This document shows positions 25,264 to 33,212 of a stretch of 42,866 nucleotides of DNA, one piece after another. How positions within the stretch are numbered: position 1 is the first letter of the stretch; the number at the start of each line of letters is the position of its first letter. The DNA is taken from the IMG/VR virus record IMGVR_UViG_3300046492_000163, positions 64,001-106,866 of that record; one strand, 5' to 3'. The position numbers were made by a program, and so were the translations under genes. The DNA is from a virus (lineage: Duplodnaviria > Heunggongvirae > Uroviricota > Caudoviricetes). The notes beneath the pieces were generated by a model. It was not told where the DNA came from. It made no database searches and saw only the letters and a program-made list of their open reading frames with translations.

Positions 25264-25375
25264 AGGATGAATACAGCAAACAACTGTCCCGCCAAAATCT
25301 GGGAACGTAGTGTAAAGGCGCACGCCGAAGTTTACTTCGGAAGTCAGGGTTCGAATCCCGCGAAAAATCATCCTG
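25264..25375 (+). ncRNA. CAGCAA-family element D with an embedded tRNA core
   Basis: AGGATGA/TCATCCT stem, ATACAGCAA, D-like arm, CCGAAG-TTTA-CTTCGG, GGG-TTCGAAT-CCC; no acceptor stem or CCA. Confidence 0.72.
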
Positions 25376-25393
25376 ATAACTTCACTGAATCTC

Positions 25394-25467
25394 GGGCTGT
25401 AAGAATTACGACAGTTCGCCTGCCTTGCACGCAGGAAGCCAGGGTTTGACTCCCTGACGGTCCACCA
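25394..25467 (+). tRNA. trnA: tRNA-Ala (TGC)
   Basis: CCTGC-CTTGCAC-GCAGG; G3:U70 pair; CCA. Confidence 0.9.
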
Positions 25468-25571
25468 ATTGAAAGAAAAGACTTCCGGCCTAGCTGGTTC
25501 AAGTCGAACGGGGTTCGCCCCCTTTATTACGCAAGATACTCTTGCACAGAATTATCCCTCGGGATGATATA

Positions 25572-25632
25572 AGGCTGCTTACAGCAAACCATACTATTTG
25601 ACTCGTAAATCAAACCAAAGAATGGCAGCCTG
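25572..25632 (+). ncRNA. CAGCAA-family element E
   Basis: AGGCTGC/GCAGCCT stem, TTACAGCAA, TTTGA-CTCGTAAA-TCAAA hairpin. Confidence 0.7.
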
Positions 25633-25643
25633 TTTATATTTAT

Positions 25644-25725
25644 AGCGAGTTAGCTAAGACTGTCCGGTGATGTCAGACGGCTCATAACCCTCCGCTTTCG
25701 TGTTCAACTCACGGACTCGCTTCCA
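25644..25725 (+). tRNA. tRNA with CAT anticodon (Met or Ile2), atypical extended D region
   Basis: AGCGAGT/ACTCGCT acceptor; CTCATAA loop; CGTG-TTCAACT-CACG; CCA. Confidence 0.75.
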
Positions 25726-25792
25726 GAACGCTTGCTCCCCAAGCAGCTACAGTCGCCACGGACTGTATAAACAAGCGTGGCACAATTTCTAT

Positions 25793-25869
25793 TGGCTTCG
25801 TGCAGTCTAGGCGATTGCGGTCGGCTGTTAACCGACAGGTGCCCGGTTCGAATCCGGGGTGGCCAGCCA
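25793..25869 (+). tRNA. trnN: tRNA-Asn (GTT)
   Basis: GTCGG-CTGTTAA-CCGAC; CCCGG-TTCGAAT-CCGGG; CCA. Confidence 0.92.
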
Positions 25870-26121
25870 ACTTTGCGACGTGAGGTCTTCTGCCCACGAC
25901 CCTTCCGGGGATTACCTGGTAGCGGTGAGAGTCGCGTATTACAGGGAAGTTTGAATGACGATCACAAAGTTATATATGGACGACCACACCCGCGTGTTCC
26001 GCATTGGTGCTGGAAAACACGATGGTATCTGGTTTATCCGAGTTGATCTGTGGTCTATTGGATTCAGACTTCATTGGTAATCTGTCTGCTAGGCCCGGAC
26101 ATTAAATGGGCGACGAATTCA

Positions 26122-26206
26122 GGTTGTTTGCCCCGAGCGGCGAAGGGAACCGGCTGTAACCCGGCACAACGATACGTCCTAGGTTCGAGTCCTAGAACAA
26201 CCACCA
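26122..26206 (+). tRNA. trnY: tRNA-Tyr (GTA)
   Basis: CCGG-CTGTAAC-CCGG; long variable arm; CTAGG-TTCGAGT-CCTAG; CCA. Confidence 0.92.
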
Positions 26207-26210
26207 ATTT

Positions 26211-26293
26211 GCCGTATAGGTGCCACCCGAAAGCATTCTCCAATCAGGGGGTGTGCAGTGAGGGCAGGTTATCGTCCCCTTCCCAGGGCGGCA
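26211..26293 (+). pseudogene. Degenerate tRNA-like element
   Basis: Begins GCCGTATAG like tRNA-Asp; D-like GTGC/GCAT stem; CTCC-AATCA-GGGG; GAGGG/CCCTT stem with an enlarged loop; ends GCGGCA; no CCA. Confidence 0.35.
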
Positions 26294-26303
26294 GACGCGA
26301 TAT

Positions 26304-26392
26304 AGTAGATTGACCGAGCTGGACGAAGGTAGCGGTTTGCTAAACCGTAGGGTATAACAGCCCCGTGCGTTCGAATCGCACATCTACTGCCA
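26304..26392 (+). tRNA. trnS: tRNA-Ser (GCT)
   Basis: GCGGT-TTGCTAA-ACCGT; long variable arm; G73; CCA. Confidence 0.92.
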
Positions 26393-26408
26393 GATACAAG
26401 AGAGCATT

Positions 26409-26714
26409 ATGTGGACGAAGGGAAGACAAGGTACTGGGTATGCGAAGTTAACGCTTCTGGCAGCCTCCAGGCTTGATTGCCACGTTCTACGTTACATGCC
26501 TGGGGATTGCATCCCACCCCACACAGATAAGCTGGTGGATGGCAGGAAACACTTCAGGATGAATATCCGGCTAACCGGGGAAGATTCTTTCCAGTGTTGC
26601 AAGGTATTGTTCAAGTGGTGGCGGGTTACGATCTTCCGACCGGACCTCTATGAGCACTCAGTGCCCGCAGTTAAACGAACACGATACATGCTCAGCATTG
26701 GCTGGGTAATTTGA
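26409..26714 (+). CDS. Minimal 2-oxoglutarate/Fe(II)-dependent dioxygenase-fold protein
   Basis: LRYMPGDCIPPHTD (HxD), EHSV (distal His), RYMLSIGW (2OG-binding Arg). Confidence 0.75.
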   Translation: MWTKGRQGTGYAKLTLLAASRLDCHVLRYMPGDCIPPHTDKLVDGRKHFRMNIRLTGEDSFQCCKVLFKWWRVTIFRPDLYEHSVPAVKRTRYMLSIGWVI

Positions 26715-26719
26715 TACAA

Positions 26720-26804
26720 CGGCTTGTGGCGGAATTGGCAGACGCACCGGATTTAGGTTCCGGCGCCTTATGGCGTGAGAGTTCGACCCTCTCCGAGCCG
26801 ACCA
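26720..26804 (+). tRNA. trnL: tRNA-Leu (TAG)
   Basis: CCGGA-TTTAGGT-TCCGG; variable arm CGCC-TTAT-GGCG; CCA. Confidence 0.92.
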
Positions 26805-26856
26805 TTTAAAACGATTGACGGTTGAGCCCCTGCTCCCTCTCGTTAATAAGAAACAC

Positions 26857-26944
26857 GGCGTGTAGGCCCGATGGCGGGAAGCAGTCTTGAGAACTGTCCT
26901 ATTGCAGAGATGTGGTAAGAGTTCGATTCCCTTATGCGCCTCCA
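26857..26944 (+). tRNA. tRNA with TGA anticodon (nominally Ser), atypical identity elements
   Basis: GCAGT-CTTGAGA-ACTGT; long variable arm; G37 and U73; CCA. Confidence 0.7.
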
Positions 26945-27006
26945 CAACGTTTCCGGGTCAGTCCCGTATAAGAAAGACTTGCCCTTGCGGTAAGCGAACG
27001 CACAAA

Positions 27007-27038
27007 CAAAAACACCGGCCTAAGCCGGTGTCTTTATT
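27007..27038. terminator. Bidirectional intrinsic terminator between the tRNA transcript and mvaT
   Basis: A-run, ACACCGGC-CTAA-GCCGGTGT, then CTTTATT. Confidence 0.75.
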
Positions 27039-27049
27039 GCTAGGGACAA

Positions 27050-27436
27050 TCAGTCCAGCAGAGTTACCCACGATTCAACCATCTCGCCGCCGTACTTCTC
27101 TTTCCACTCTTTCAGAACCTTGTGATTACCGCCTTTGGTTTCAATCACTTCGCCGTTGTGCGGGTTCTTGTACTGCTTGACGCTACGCTGGCGGCGAGCC
27201 TTACCGGTAGCGTTAGTTGTAGCGGCCTTCTGAGGCTTAGACAGCTTTGCGTCTGGGTCCATGATGGACATCACATCACGAAGAGACTTGCTGTATTCGC
27301 CCATCAGGCTACGCAGTTTACCTTCGAACTCAAGCTCAGCTTGCAGGTTGCCGTCTTGCTGAAGATTAGCCAGGCGAGCTTGCAGTTCTTTGATTGCTTC
27401 TTCCGTGGCACGGAATTCATTGATCAACGAAGTCAT
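27050..27436 (-). CDS. mvaT: MvaT/MvaU (TurA-like) H-NS-family xenogeneic silencer
   Basis: SLINEFRATEEAIKELQARL...ELEFEGKLRSLMGEY and YKNPHNGEVIETKGGNHKVLKEWK match the Pseudomonas MvaT signature. Confidence 0.93.
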   Translation of the reverse strand: MTSLINEFRATEEAIKELQARLANLQQDGNLQAELEFEGKLRSLMGEYSKSLRDVMSIMDPDAKLSKPQKAATTNATGKARRQRSVKQYKNPHNGEVIETKGGNHKVLKEWKEKYGGEMVESWVTLLD

Positions 27437-27545
27437 GAGAATTTCCTATCAGTGCGTGTCGAGGTATTTGTTTGTTATGGGCCGAGAATATACAGCCGTT
27501 TAACTCGTGTCTAGTCCCTAGTGTAAAAGATTTTGAAAAATTTAT

Positions 27546-27621
27546 CTCGGTGTAGCTCAGATGGTGGAGCGCCTGATTTGGGATCAGGAGGTCGGAGGTT
27601 CGATCCCTCCCATCGTGACCA
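27546..27621 (+). tRNA. trnP: tRNA-Pro (TGG)
   Basis: CCTGA-TTTGGGA-TCAGG; CCA. Confidence 0.92.
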
Positions 27622-27628
27622 TATAAAT

Positions 27629-27704
27629 GGTGGGGTTGTACTGCCTGGATGCAGTCTTCCGGCTGTGACCCGGTTGATGCGGATCGAAACCGCGCCTCAC
27701 ACCA
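27629..27704 (+). tRNA. trnH: tRNA-His (GTG), atypical T-loop
   Basis: CCGG-CTGTGAC-CCGG; T-loop ATCGAAA; CCA. Confidence 0.75.
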
Positions 27705-27708
27705 ATTT

Positions 27709-27784
27709 GCCGCTATAGCTCCAACGGTAGAGCGCCTGACTTGTAATCAGGATGTTCGGGGTTCAAGTCCTCGTGGCGGCACCA
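27709..27784 (+). tRNA. trnT: tRNA-Thr (TGT)
   Basis: CCTGA-CTTGTAA-TCAGG; CCA. Confidence 0.93.
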
Positions 27785-27791
27785 ACTTTCT

Positions 27792-27864
27792 GCGGGTACG
27801 TACAAGGCGTATCACCGGCCTTCCAAGCCGTGTAGCTAGGGTTCGATTCCCTATATCCGCTCCA
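27792..27864 (+). tRNA. trnG: tRNA-Gly (TCC)
   Basis: CGGC-CTTCCAA-GCCG; U73; CCA. Confidence 0.9.
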
Positions 27865-27866
27865 AT

Positions 27867-27940
27867 CCTCAGTTAGCTCAATGGGAGAGCGGCGCCCTTA
27901 CAAGGCGTTTACGGTGGTTCGATTCCATCACCGAGGACCA
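27867..27940 (+). tRNA. trnV: tRNA-Val (TAC)
   Basis: GCGCC-CTTACAA-GGCGT; CCA. Confidence 0.9.
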
Positions 27941-27947
27941 ATCCTAT

Positions 27948-27971
27948 AACCCAGCCCTTGCTGGGTTTATT
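27948..27971 (+). terminator. Intrinsic terminator closing the tRNA array
   Basis: AACCCAGC-CCTT-GCTGGGTT-TATT. Confidence 0.7.
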
Positions 27972-27990
27972 CGTTTCAAGGAGATTCCGC

Positions 27991-28314
27991 ATGTCGGCAC
28001 ATAAGCGTGGGGACAGTTTCGACCGCCTCATTAATATCCCATCAGCGTTTGCAGACGGCTACTTCGTAGGGTGGACTGTATCCGCCCAGGTTCGAACCGC
28101 CCAGTACGGTGCAGCAATTGATGATCTTGTCTGTACCTGGATCGACCCCGTAAAGACCCGCATTCTTTCTATCAAACGCCTTGACACTAAGTTGTGGCCT
28201 ATCGGCCTGGCTGAGATGGACGTTCAATTCACTCGTGATTCAGACGGCTACACCACCAGCACTTCAACTCTCCAGTTCGAAGTCGTGCGTGATGTTACAC
28301 AGGGGATTACTTAA
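27991..28314 (+). CDS. Putative Ig-like/BppU-type virion appendage protein
   Basis: AAGGAG SD, ATG 27991; beta-rich pattern (AEMDVQFTR...STSTLQFEV); heads the fibre cluster. Confidence 0.6.
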   Translation: MSAHKRGDSFDRLINIPSAFADGYFVGWTVSAQVRTAQYGAAIDDLVCTWIDPVKTRILSIKRLDTKLWPIGLAEMDVQFTRDSDGYTTSTSTLQFEVVRDVTQGIT

Positions 28315-28529
28315 TGGCCTCCGGCAACTTCACGGTTACAAGTGCGCAACCCAATATGGTGCTCCTATCTGTTGGCCCTGAAGACGCTCCTGCCGAATTC
28401 GCAAGCGTACTTATCGGCCCCAAGGGTGATAAAGGCGACACCGGGGATATCGGAGATATTGGTGCTACTGACGATCTTGGTGGATTCACCACAAACCCTA
28501 CCGTCTATTACATTTTAGCGAGTACCTAA
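28314..28529 (+). CDS. Small collagen-like (G-X-Y) structural protein
   Basis: GPKGDKGDTGDIGDIG. Confidence 0.7.
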   Translation: MASGNFTVTSAQPNMVLLSVGPEDAPAEFASVLIGPKGDKGDTGDIGDIGATDDLGGFTTNPTVYYILAST

Positions 28530-28532
28530 TTT

Positions 28533-29024
28533 ATGCTCTTGCAAGAACAGATTGTTTCGTTGGCCCAAGCTATTGGCGCTGACATTAAAGCCCTTAAAGC
28601 GGCTGATGGCTCCCTCTCCCTTCTATCAACTACCGACAAGTCTTCCCTTGTTGCAGCTATCAACGAGCTGTTTACAAGCGGTGGTGGCGGTGGTGTATCG
28701 ATCAACGATGCAAGTACAACAAGTACCACGCAAACTTGGTCAGCTAATAAAAGCACAGCGGCAATTTCCGCAGCTATCACGGCCCTGCAAAACAGCCTGG
28801 TTAACGGTGCTGGCTCTGCCCTAGACACTTTCAAAGAGCTTCAGGACGCCCTAGGCGGTGATGCCAACTTCGCTACCACTGTAGCTACAGCACTGGGCAA
28901 CCGTGTCCGCTACGACGCAGTACAGAGCCTCACAGCTCCACAACAACTGCAAGCGTGTACGAACCTTGGCGTAGGCGATCCTACGCACAATTACGTGACC
29001 GATTATAACACTGCGAAGGCTTAA
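28533..29024 (+). CDS. Virion fibre-like structural protein
   Basis: IVSLAQAIGADIK, TDKSSLVAAINEL, ALDTFKELQDALGGDANFATTV fibre-type motifs. Confidence 0.75.
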   Translation: MLLQEQIVSLAQAIGADIKALKAADGSLSLLSTTDKSSLVAAINELFTSGGGGGVSINDASTTSTTQTWSANKSTAAISAAITALQNSLVNGAGSALDTFKELQDALGGDANFATTVATALGNRVRYDAVQSLTAPQQLQACTNLGVGDPTHNYVTDYNTAKA

Positions 29025-29026
29025 TT

Positions 29027-29443
29027 ATGAGCGTAGAGTCAGGAGTCATCGCACTGGCTCAGGCAGTCGGTGCAGACATCAAAACAATCAATACCAAAGT
29101 GGCAAAAACTCGTGCCGCTGGGTATGACGATCTAGTCGTCAATGCTACAGCAACAGGATCAATTACACTGGACCTCAATGCGGCCACTGTCTTTGACCTC
29201 ACGCTGACTGGCAACACCTCAATTAACTTCTCAAACCTGCCGACACCAACTAACCAGATTTTCTCTTGGGTAGTTAAGGTGACAATGGGCGGAACTCTCC
29301 GCACGCTGACCTGGCCTACCACTACTTGGTACACATCAGGTGGAACTGAACCAGCAGCCCCGGCTGTTGGTAAAGTTGTCGAATACATCTTCAGCACACA
29401 GAACGGTACGAACATTGTTGGCCGTAAGGGCTCAGCCACATGA
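29027..29443 (+). CDS. Virion fibre-associated protein
   Basis: Shares the N-terminal IALAQAVGADIK with the preceding gene; beta-sandwich-like C-terminus. Confidence 0.7.
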   Translation: MSVESGVIALAQAVGADIKTINTKVAKTRAAGYDDLVVNATATGSITLDLNAATVFDLTLTGNTSINFSNLPTPTNQIFSWVVKVTMGGTLRTLTWPTTTWYTSGGTEPAAPAVGKVVEYIFSTQNGTNIVGRKGSAT

Positions 29444-30798
29444 GCAACTTAGCCAGATTGTTATGGTCGGTTCCAGCAGGGGATGTAGCACCAACGACTG
29501 TTAACTTCACGGCTGCCGAGTTTGCTCCAGGTTTCGCCGGTCCAACTAGTACCACAAAGACTGCTGGACGGATTTACTTCCGTGTGCAGTTGACTGTTTG
29601 GTCTGGTTGGATCACTGGTTCTGAAGCCAAGTGGACGATGACCAGTAACTATGGCGACTATGACGGCGCTGTACAAGTTGCAGTTGACGGCGGGGCCTTC
29701 AGTAACGCTCCCCGAGCTGGACAAATCTTCACGCTGTTTACCGGTCTTCCAAGCGTTGCTCACTACGTTGAAATCCGCATTACGGATGGCTTGGGTGATG
29801 AAGCGTACATGCTTGCCACTGGCAACGTGCTGACCGTCACTGGAGCACCACCTGCCCTGCAAGTGCTGCCCAACATCGTTACAGTCGGTTCCGACTCTGC
29901 CAATGGTATTTACAGCGGCAGCATGATAGCCACAACGGCTACATTCGCCCCTCCTACTCAGGCCCCAAGCGGCCAGGTCTACGGATCCAACGTAGGCTCA
30001 GTCAAGATCAAAGGCGCCTTCACCAAACTCATCGTGTCCCTCAACGGAGCCCGGAAAGTTGGTGTAAGCAAGAATGGTGGAGTTCCATCGTTCTACTCAA
30101 TCGCTGACGAATCTGGTGGACCTTCCCGAAGCCTGGTTATTCCATGCGACGGCTCCACATCGGTTTACAACGTCTGGGATAGTGGTAACGGTCGTGCCGC
30201 AGGCGGCATCTTCGCTGTTGCCGGTGACGCTACGTTCCTTGATATCGGCACACGTCGTCGCCTGGATCAGTACGGTGACTCGATTACCTACGGTTCTGGT
30301 CCGAACGCAACATCGTGCGACACAGAGACAATGCACGTAGCTGCGAAACTCGGCTTCGTGGGAAGTACAACGGGTGTTAGCGGGCAGACCATCAGCATTG
30401 ATGGTAAGAACATGATCGACGCATCCCTAGCCGGACGCAACGTTAGTTCAGGCGATATCGCGATTCTCGCTCTTGGTGGCAACTCTGCTGCTGACGGGAT
30501 CAGCTCTACTGAGCAAGCCGACTACAACATCATGATCGACAAGTTGCTAACTAAAGGATACGGCAAAGTATTCTGCCGTGGCATCCTACCTGTTGCAAAC
30601 ACCGATGCGAACAATATCGTTATTACAGCGAACGCTGTACTCAAGTCTCTTGTTGATGCTCGCGCCAATCCTAATGTTATCTGGATTGATCCAGTCACCT
30701 GGACTGGCGTTTCTTCGCTAGATGGTGTTCACCCAGATGCAGCCGGTTACTTGACTCTCGCGAACTACGCATACCCCGCATACTTGCCACACATCTAA
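29440..30798 (+). CDS. SGNH/GDSL hydrolase-domain protein (putative virion-associated esterase)
   Basis: Block I YGDSIT, block III LGGN, block V DGVHP, after a long beta-rich N-terminus. Confidence 0.85.
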   Translation: MSNLARLLWSVPAGDVAPTTVNFTAAEFAPGFAGPTSTTKTAGRIYFRVQLTVWSGWITGSEAKWTMTSNYGDYDGAVQVAVDGGAFSNAPRAGQIFTLFTGLPSVAHYVEIRITDGLGDEAYMLATGNVLTVTGAPPALQVLPNIVTVGSDSANGIYSGSMIATTATFAPPTQAPSGQVYGSNVGSVKIKGAFTKLIVSLNGARKVGVSKNGGVPSFYSIADESGGPSRSLVIPCDGSTSVYNVWDSGNGRAAGGIFAVAGDATFLDIGTRRRLDQYGDSITYGSGPNATSCDTETMHVAAKLGFVGSTTGVSGQTISIDGKNMIDASLAGRNVSSGDIAILALGGNSAADGISSTEQADYNIMIDKLLTKGYGKVFCRGILPVANTDANNIVITANAVLKSLVDARANPNVIWIDPVTWTGVSSLDGVHPDAAGYLTLANYAYPAYLPHI

Positions 30799-30807
30799 GG
30801 AACTCCT

Positions 30808-31227
30808 ATGACCAAGCCAGTTGGCAATCCCAACTTGAAGAAGGGGGGTGCCTCGCTGAACCCGAACGGGCGGCCAAAGGAAACCCCAGAACAAAAAGCT
30901 GCGAAGTTGAAGACTAGTAAACTTCGCAAAACTGAAGCCGCACTTGTCAAACTTAATCCTGCTGCCCTGGAGAATATCCGCAAAAGTGTAGAGGGTGAAG
31001 AAATTGATAAGGAAGTGATCGCCACATCGAAGTGGGTTGTAACGACCACAGTAACCGTTTCTAAGGCCGCAATGACCGAAGAGATGGAACTAAATGGACT
31101 GAAGGATAAAGAAGGCCGTGAAGCCCTTACAGCAGCTCAGGCTGATGATGAGGACGACTATGGCCCACTTGCTGAATTCAGTGTCTTGCAACTGCCCACA
31201 CAGTCACAACTGAAGAGCATTAAATGA
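30808..31227 (+). CDS. terS: Terminase small subunit (probable)
   Basis: GNPNLKKGGASLNPNGRPK motif; upstream of terL. Confidence 0.7.
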   Translation: MTKPVGNPNLKKGGASLNPNGRPKETPEQKAAKLKTSKLRKTEAALVKLNPAALENIRKSVEGEEIDKEVIATSKWVVTTTVTVSKAAMTEEMELNGLKDKEGREALTAAQADDEDDYGPLAEFSVLQLPTQSQLKSIK

Positions 31228-31655
31228 CCGAAGAAGCCACCGCTGAAGTTGTAACTACTTCCGTAGTTAAACCAACCAAGCCAGCGAAGAAAACAAAACT
31301 AGTTAAGCAGAAGATCACACTGTTCTCTGCTGACCCGATGACTCTGATCGCCAAGCTTGAGGAATACATCCTCGCAGGCGCCAAAGTTGATCCTACCGAA
31401 TTCACTCACCTCCGTACACTTCCAATGCGAATTGGCCTGTATGTAGAAGGCCCGGCTGATAAAGCCGACTGGCTATGGGAGAACGATCCCTATTTGAACT
31501 GCTACGGCATCGATGTCGCTGAGTTCACTTATGACGCTGCTGGACTAGAGGCCCTTGAATGGGACGACTTCCGCAAAGTCTGTGCCGGGGTTGGAGTGAA
31601 GGGTAAAGAGCGAGCCAAGATGACTAAAGAGTATCTTGCCGCTATCGCTGAATGA
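31224..31655 (+). CDS. Hypothetical protein between terS and terL
   Basis: 143-aa ORF with 4-nt overlap. Confidence 0.75.
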   Translation: MTEEATAEVVTTSVVKPTKPAKKTKLVKQKITLFSADPMTLIAKLEEYILAGAKVDPTEFTHLRTLPMRIGLYVEGPADKADWLWENDPYLNCYGIDVAEFTYDAAGLEALEWDDFRKVCAGVGVKGKERAKMTKEYLAAIAE

Positions 31656-31663
31656 GGTAGCTA

Positions 31664-33199
31664 ATGGCAGCCCCATTCAAATCGAAAGCTGAAGTTGGTG
31701 CAACGCCACCTTCGCGTAAGAAAGAAATGATCGGGCCTGCCAGCGAAAAGCAGATGATGATGTTACAGGCCTCCGCTTCTACCGCTGTGATTGGTGGTGC
31801 TGCGGGTTCTGGCAAAAGCCATATGGCCCTACTCTTTCCGCTCAAGTATATGCACGACCCTTACTTTAAGGGCGTGATCTTCCGTAAGACCACAAGCGAA
31901 CTGCAAGACTTGTGGGACCGTGCCTGTGAAATGTATCCCAAGTTCTTCCCAAGAGATGAACGCGGGAGAAGCCCCGTTAGAATCCACCAACAGAAAATGC
32001 GGATTACCTTTCCGTCTGGAGCCACTGTTCTTTTCTCGTACCTAGACCACGAGAAAGACCGGTTGAAGCACCAGGGTAAGGAATACAATTTCGTTCTTTT
32101 CGATGAAGCAACGCACTTCAGCCAAACGCAGATTGAATATCTACGCGGTCGTCTGCGTAGTTCTCGGTCGAAGAACGCTATACAAATGGTGTTAACTTGT
32201 AATCCGGACCCCGATTCAATAATTTTTGATTGGATAGAATGGTACTTACTTGAAGACGGCCTTCCAGATCCAACTAAGGATGGGGTCGTTAGATACTACC
32301 TAGTTCAAGCTGGGGAGTATGAGTGGGGGGACACTCGTGAAGAGCTGGCTGAGCGGTTTCCGGATGAAGATCCTGATGATATTCAATCGTTTACGTTCAT
32401 CTCTGCAACCTGTTTCGATAATCCAATTTTGTTGGAAAACGATCCTGGGTATGTCGGGCGACTTAAAGCCAACAACGAAGTAGACGTGCAACGGTTGCTC
32501 TACGGCAACTGGAAAGTTCGTCCCTCTAATGCGGGTGTCATGAAGCGTGAGTGGTTCCGCGTAGTTGATCAAGAGCCCGCCTGGACAGACATCGTTAAAA
32601 CGGTACGTGCGTTCGATTTCGCAGGTACGTTAAAGACAGATGCTAATCCCAGCCCCGATTACACTGCTTGCGTGAAGATGTCGAAACTTAGAGACGGTAC
32701 TTACTTTATCCATGAAGTGCGGCGCTGCCGTATTCGCTTCGGAGAGTGGGTCGATTGGATTCTCCAGTGCTCTATAGACGACGGCAGCAAGTGCGACGTA
32801 ATTATCCCCATCGATCCTAACCCCGCAGCCGCAGCAGCCTCTCAGATGCTTGCACGCACTCTTAGCGAGCGGGGCTTATATGTCCGTCGATTTAAAACCA
32901 CGGGCAAGAAGATTGATCGAGCCAGGCCCTTCGCCTCGATGCTGCTTAATGGCGGCGTATCAATTCTCAGGGATTGTGCAGTTGATGAAGAAAACAACAT
33001 CAACTACGACAACAACTTCTTCTTTAAAGAGTGTGAAGCCTTTGATGGTGAACGGCGTAAAGGCGAGAACGGCCATGACGACATGGTGGACGCCGCTGCT
33101 GATTCATTTATGGCACTCGCACAGAAGATTGTCATCCCGAACATCTCACACGGTTTGAAGCAATTCAATACCTCATTCCAAAACCCATTCTCACAATAA
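31664..33199 (+). CDS. terL: Terminase large subunit
   Basis: Walker A GGAAGSGKS, Walker B VLFDEATHF, LTCNPDP, nuclease AFDFAGT and HDDMVDA. Confidence 0.95.
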   Translation: MAAPFKSKAEVGATPPSRKKEMIGPASEKQMMMLQASASTAVIGGAAGSGKSHMALLFPLKYMHDPYFKGVIFRKTTSELQDLWDRACEMYPKFFPRDERGRSPVRIHQQKMRITFPSGATVLFSYLDHEKDRLKHQGKEYNFVLFDEATHFSQTQIEYLRGRLRSSRSKNAIQMVLTCNPDPDSIIFDWIEWYLLEDGLPDPTKDGVVRYYLVQAGEYEWGDTREELAERFPDEDPDDIQSFTFISATCFDNPILLENDPGYVGRLKANNEVDVQRLLYGNWKVRPSNAGVMKREWFRVVDQEPAWTDIVKTVRAFDFAGTLKTDANPSPDYTACVKMSKLRDGTYFIHEVRRCRIRFGEWVDWILQCSIDDGSKCDVIIPIDPNPAAAAASQMLARTLSERGLYVRRFKTTGKKIDRARPFASMLLNGGVSILRDCAVDEENNINYDNNFFFKECEAFDGERRKGENGHDDMVDAAADSFMALAQKIVIPNISHGLKQFNTSFQNPFSQ

Positions 33200-33212
33200 G
33201 TAGGGAGCCTGA

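Noticed and set aside
24294-26945. Track ORFs overlapping tRNA genes (24294-24758, 25709-25897, 25777-26046, 26050-26313, 26192-26383, 26658-26945)
   Set aside because: Chance frames through tRNA and ncRNA sequences; no protein features.
29146-29153. TACAGCAA inside the 29027-29443 CDS
   Set aside because: No flanking AG-N5/N5'-CT stem; a coding coincidence.
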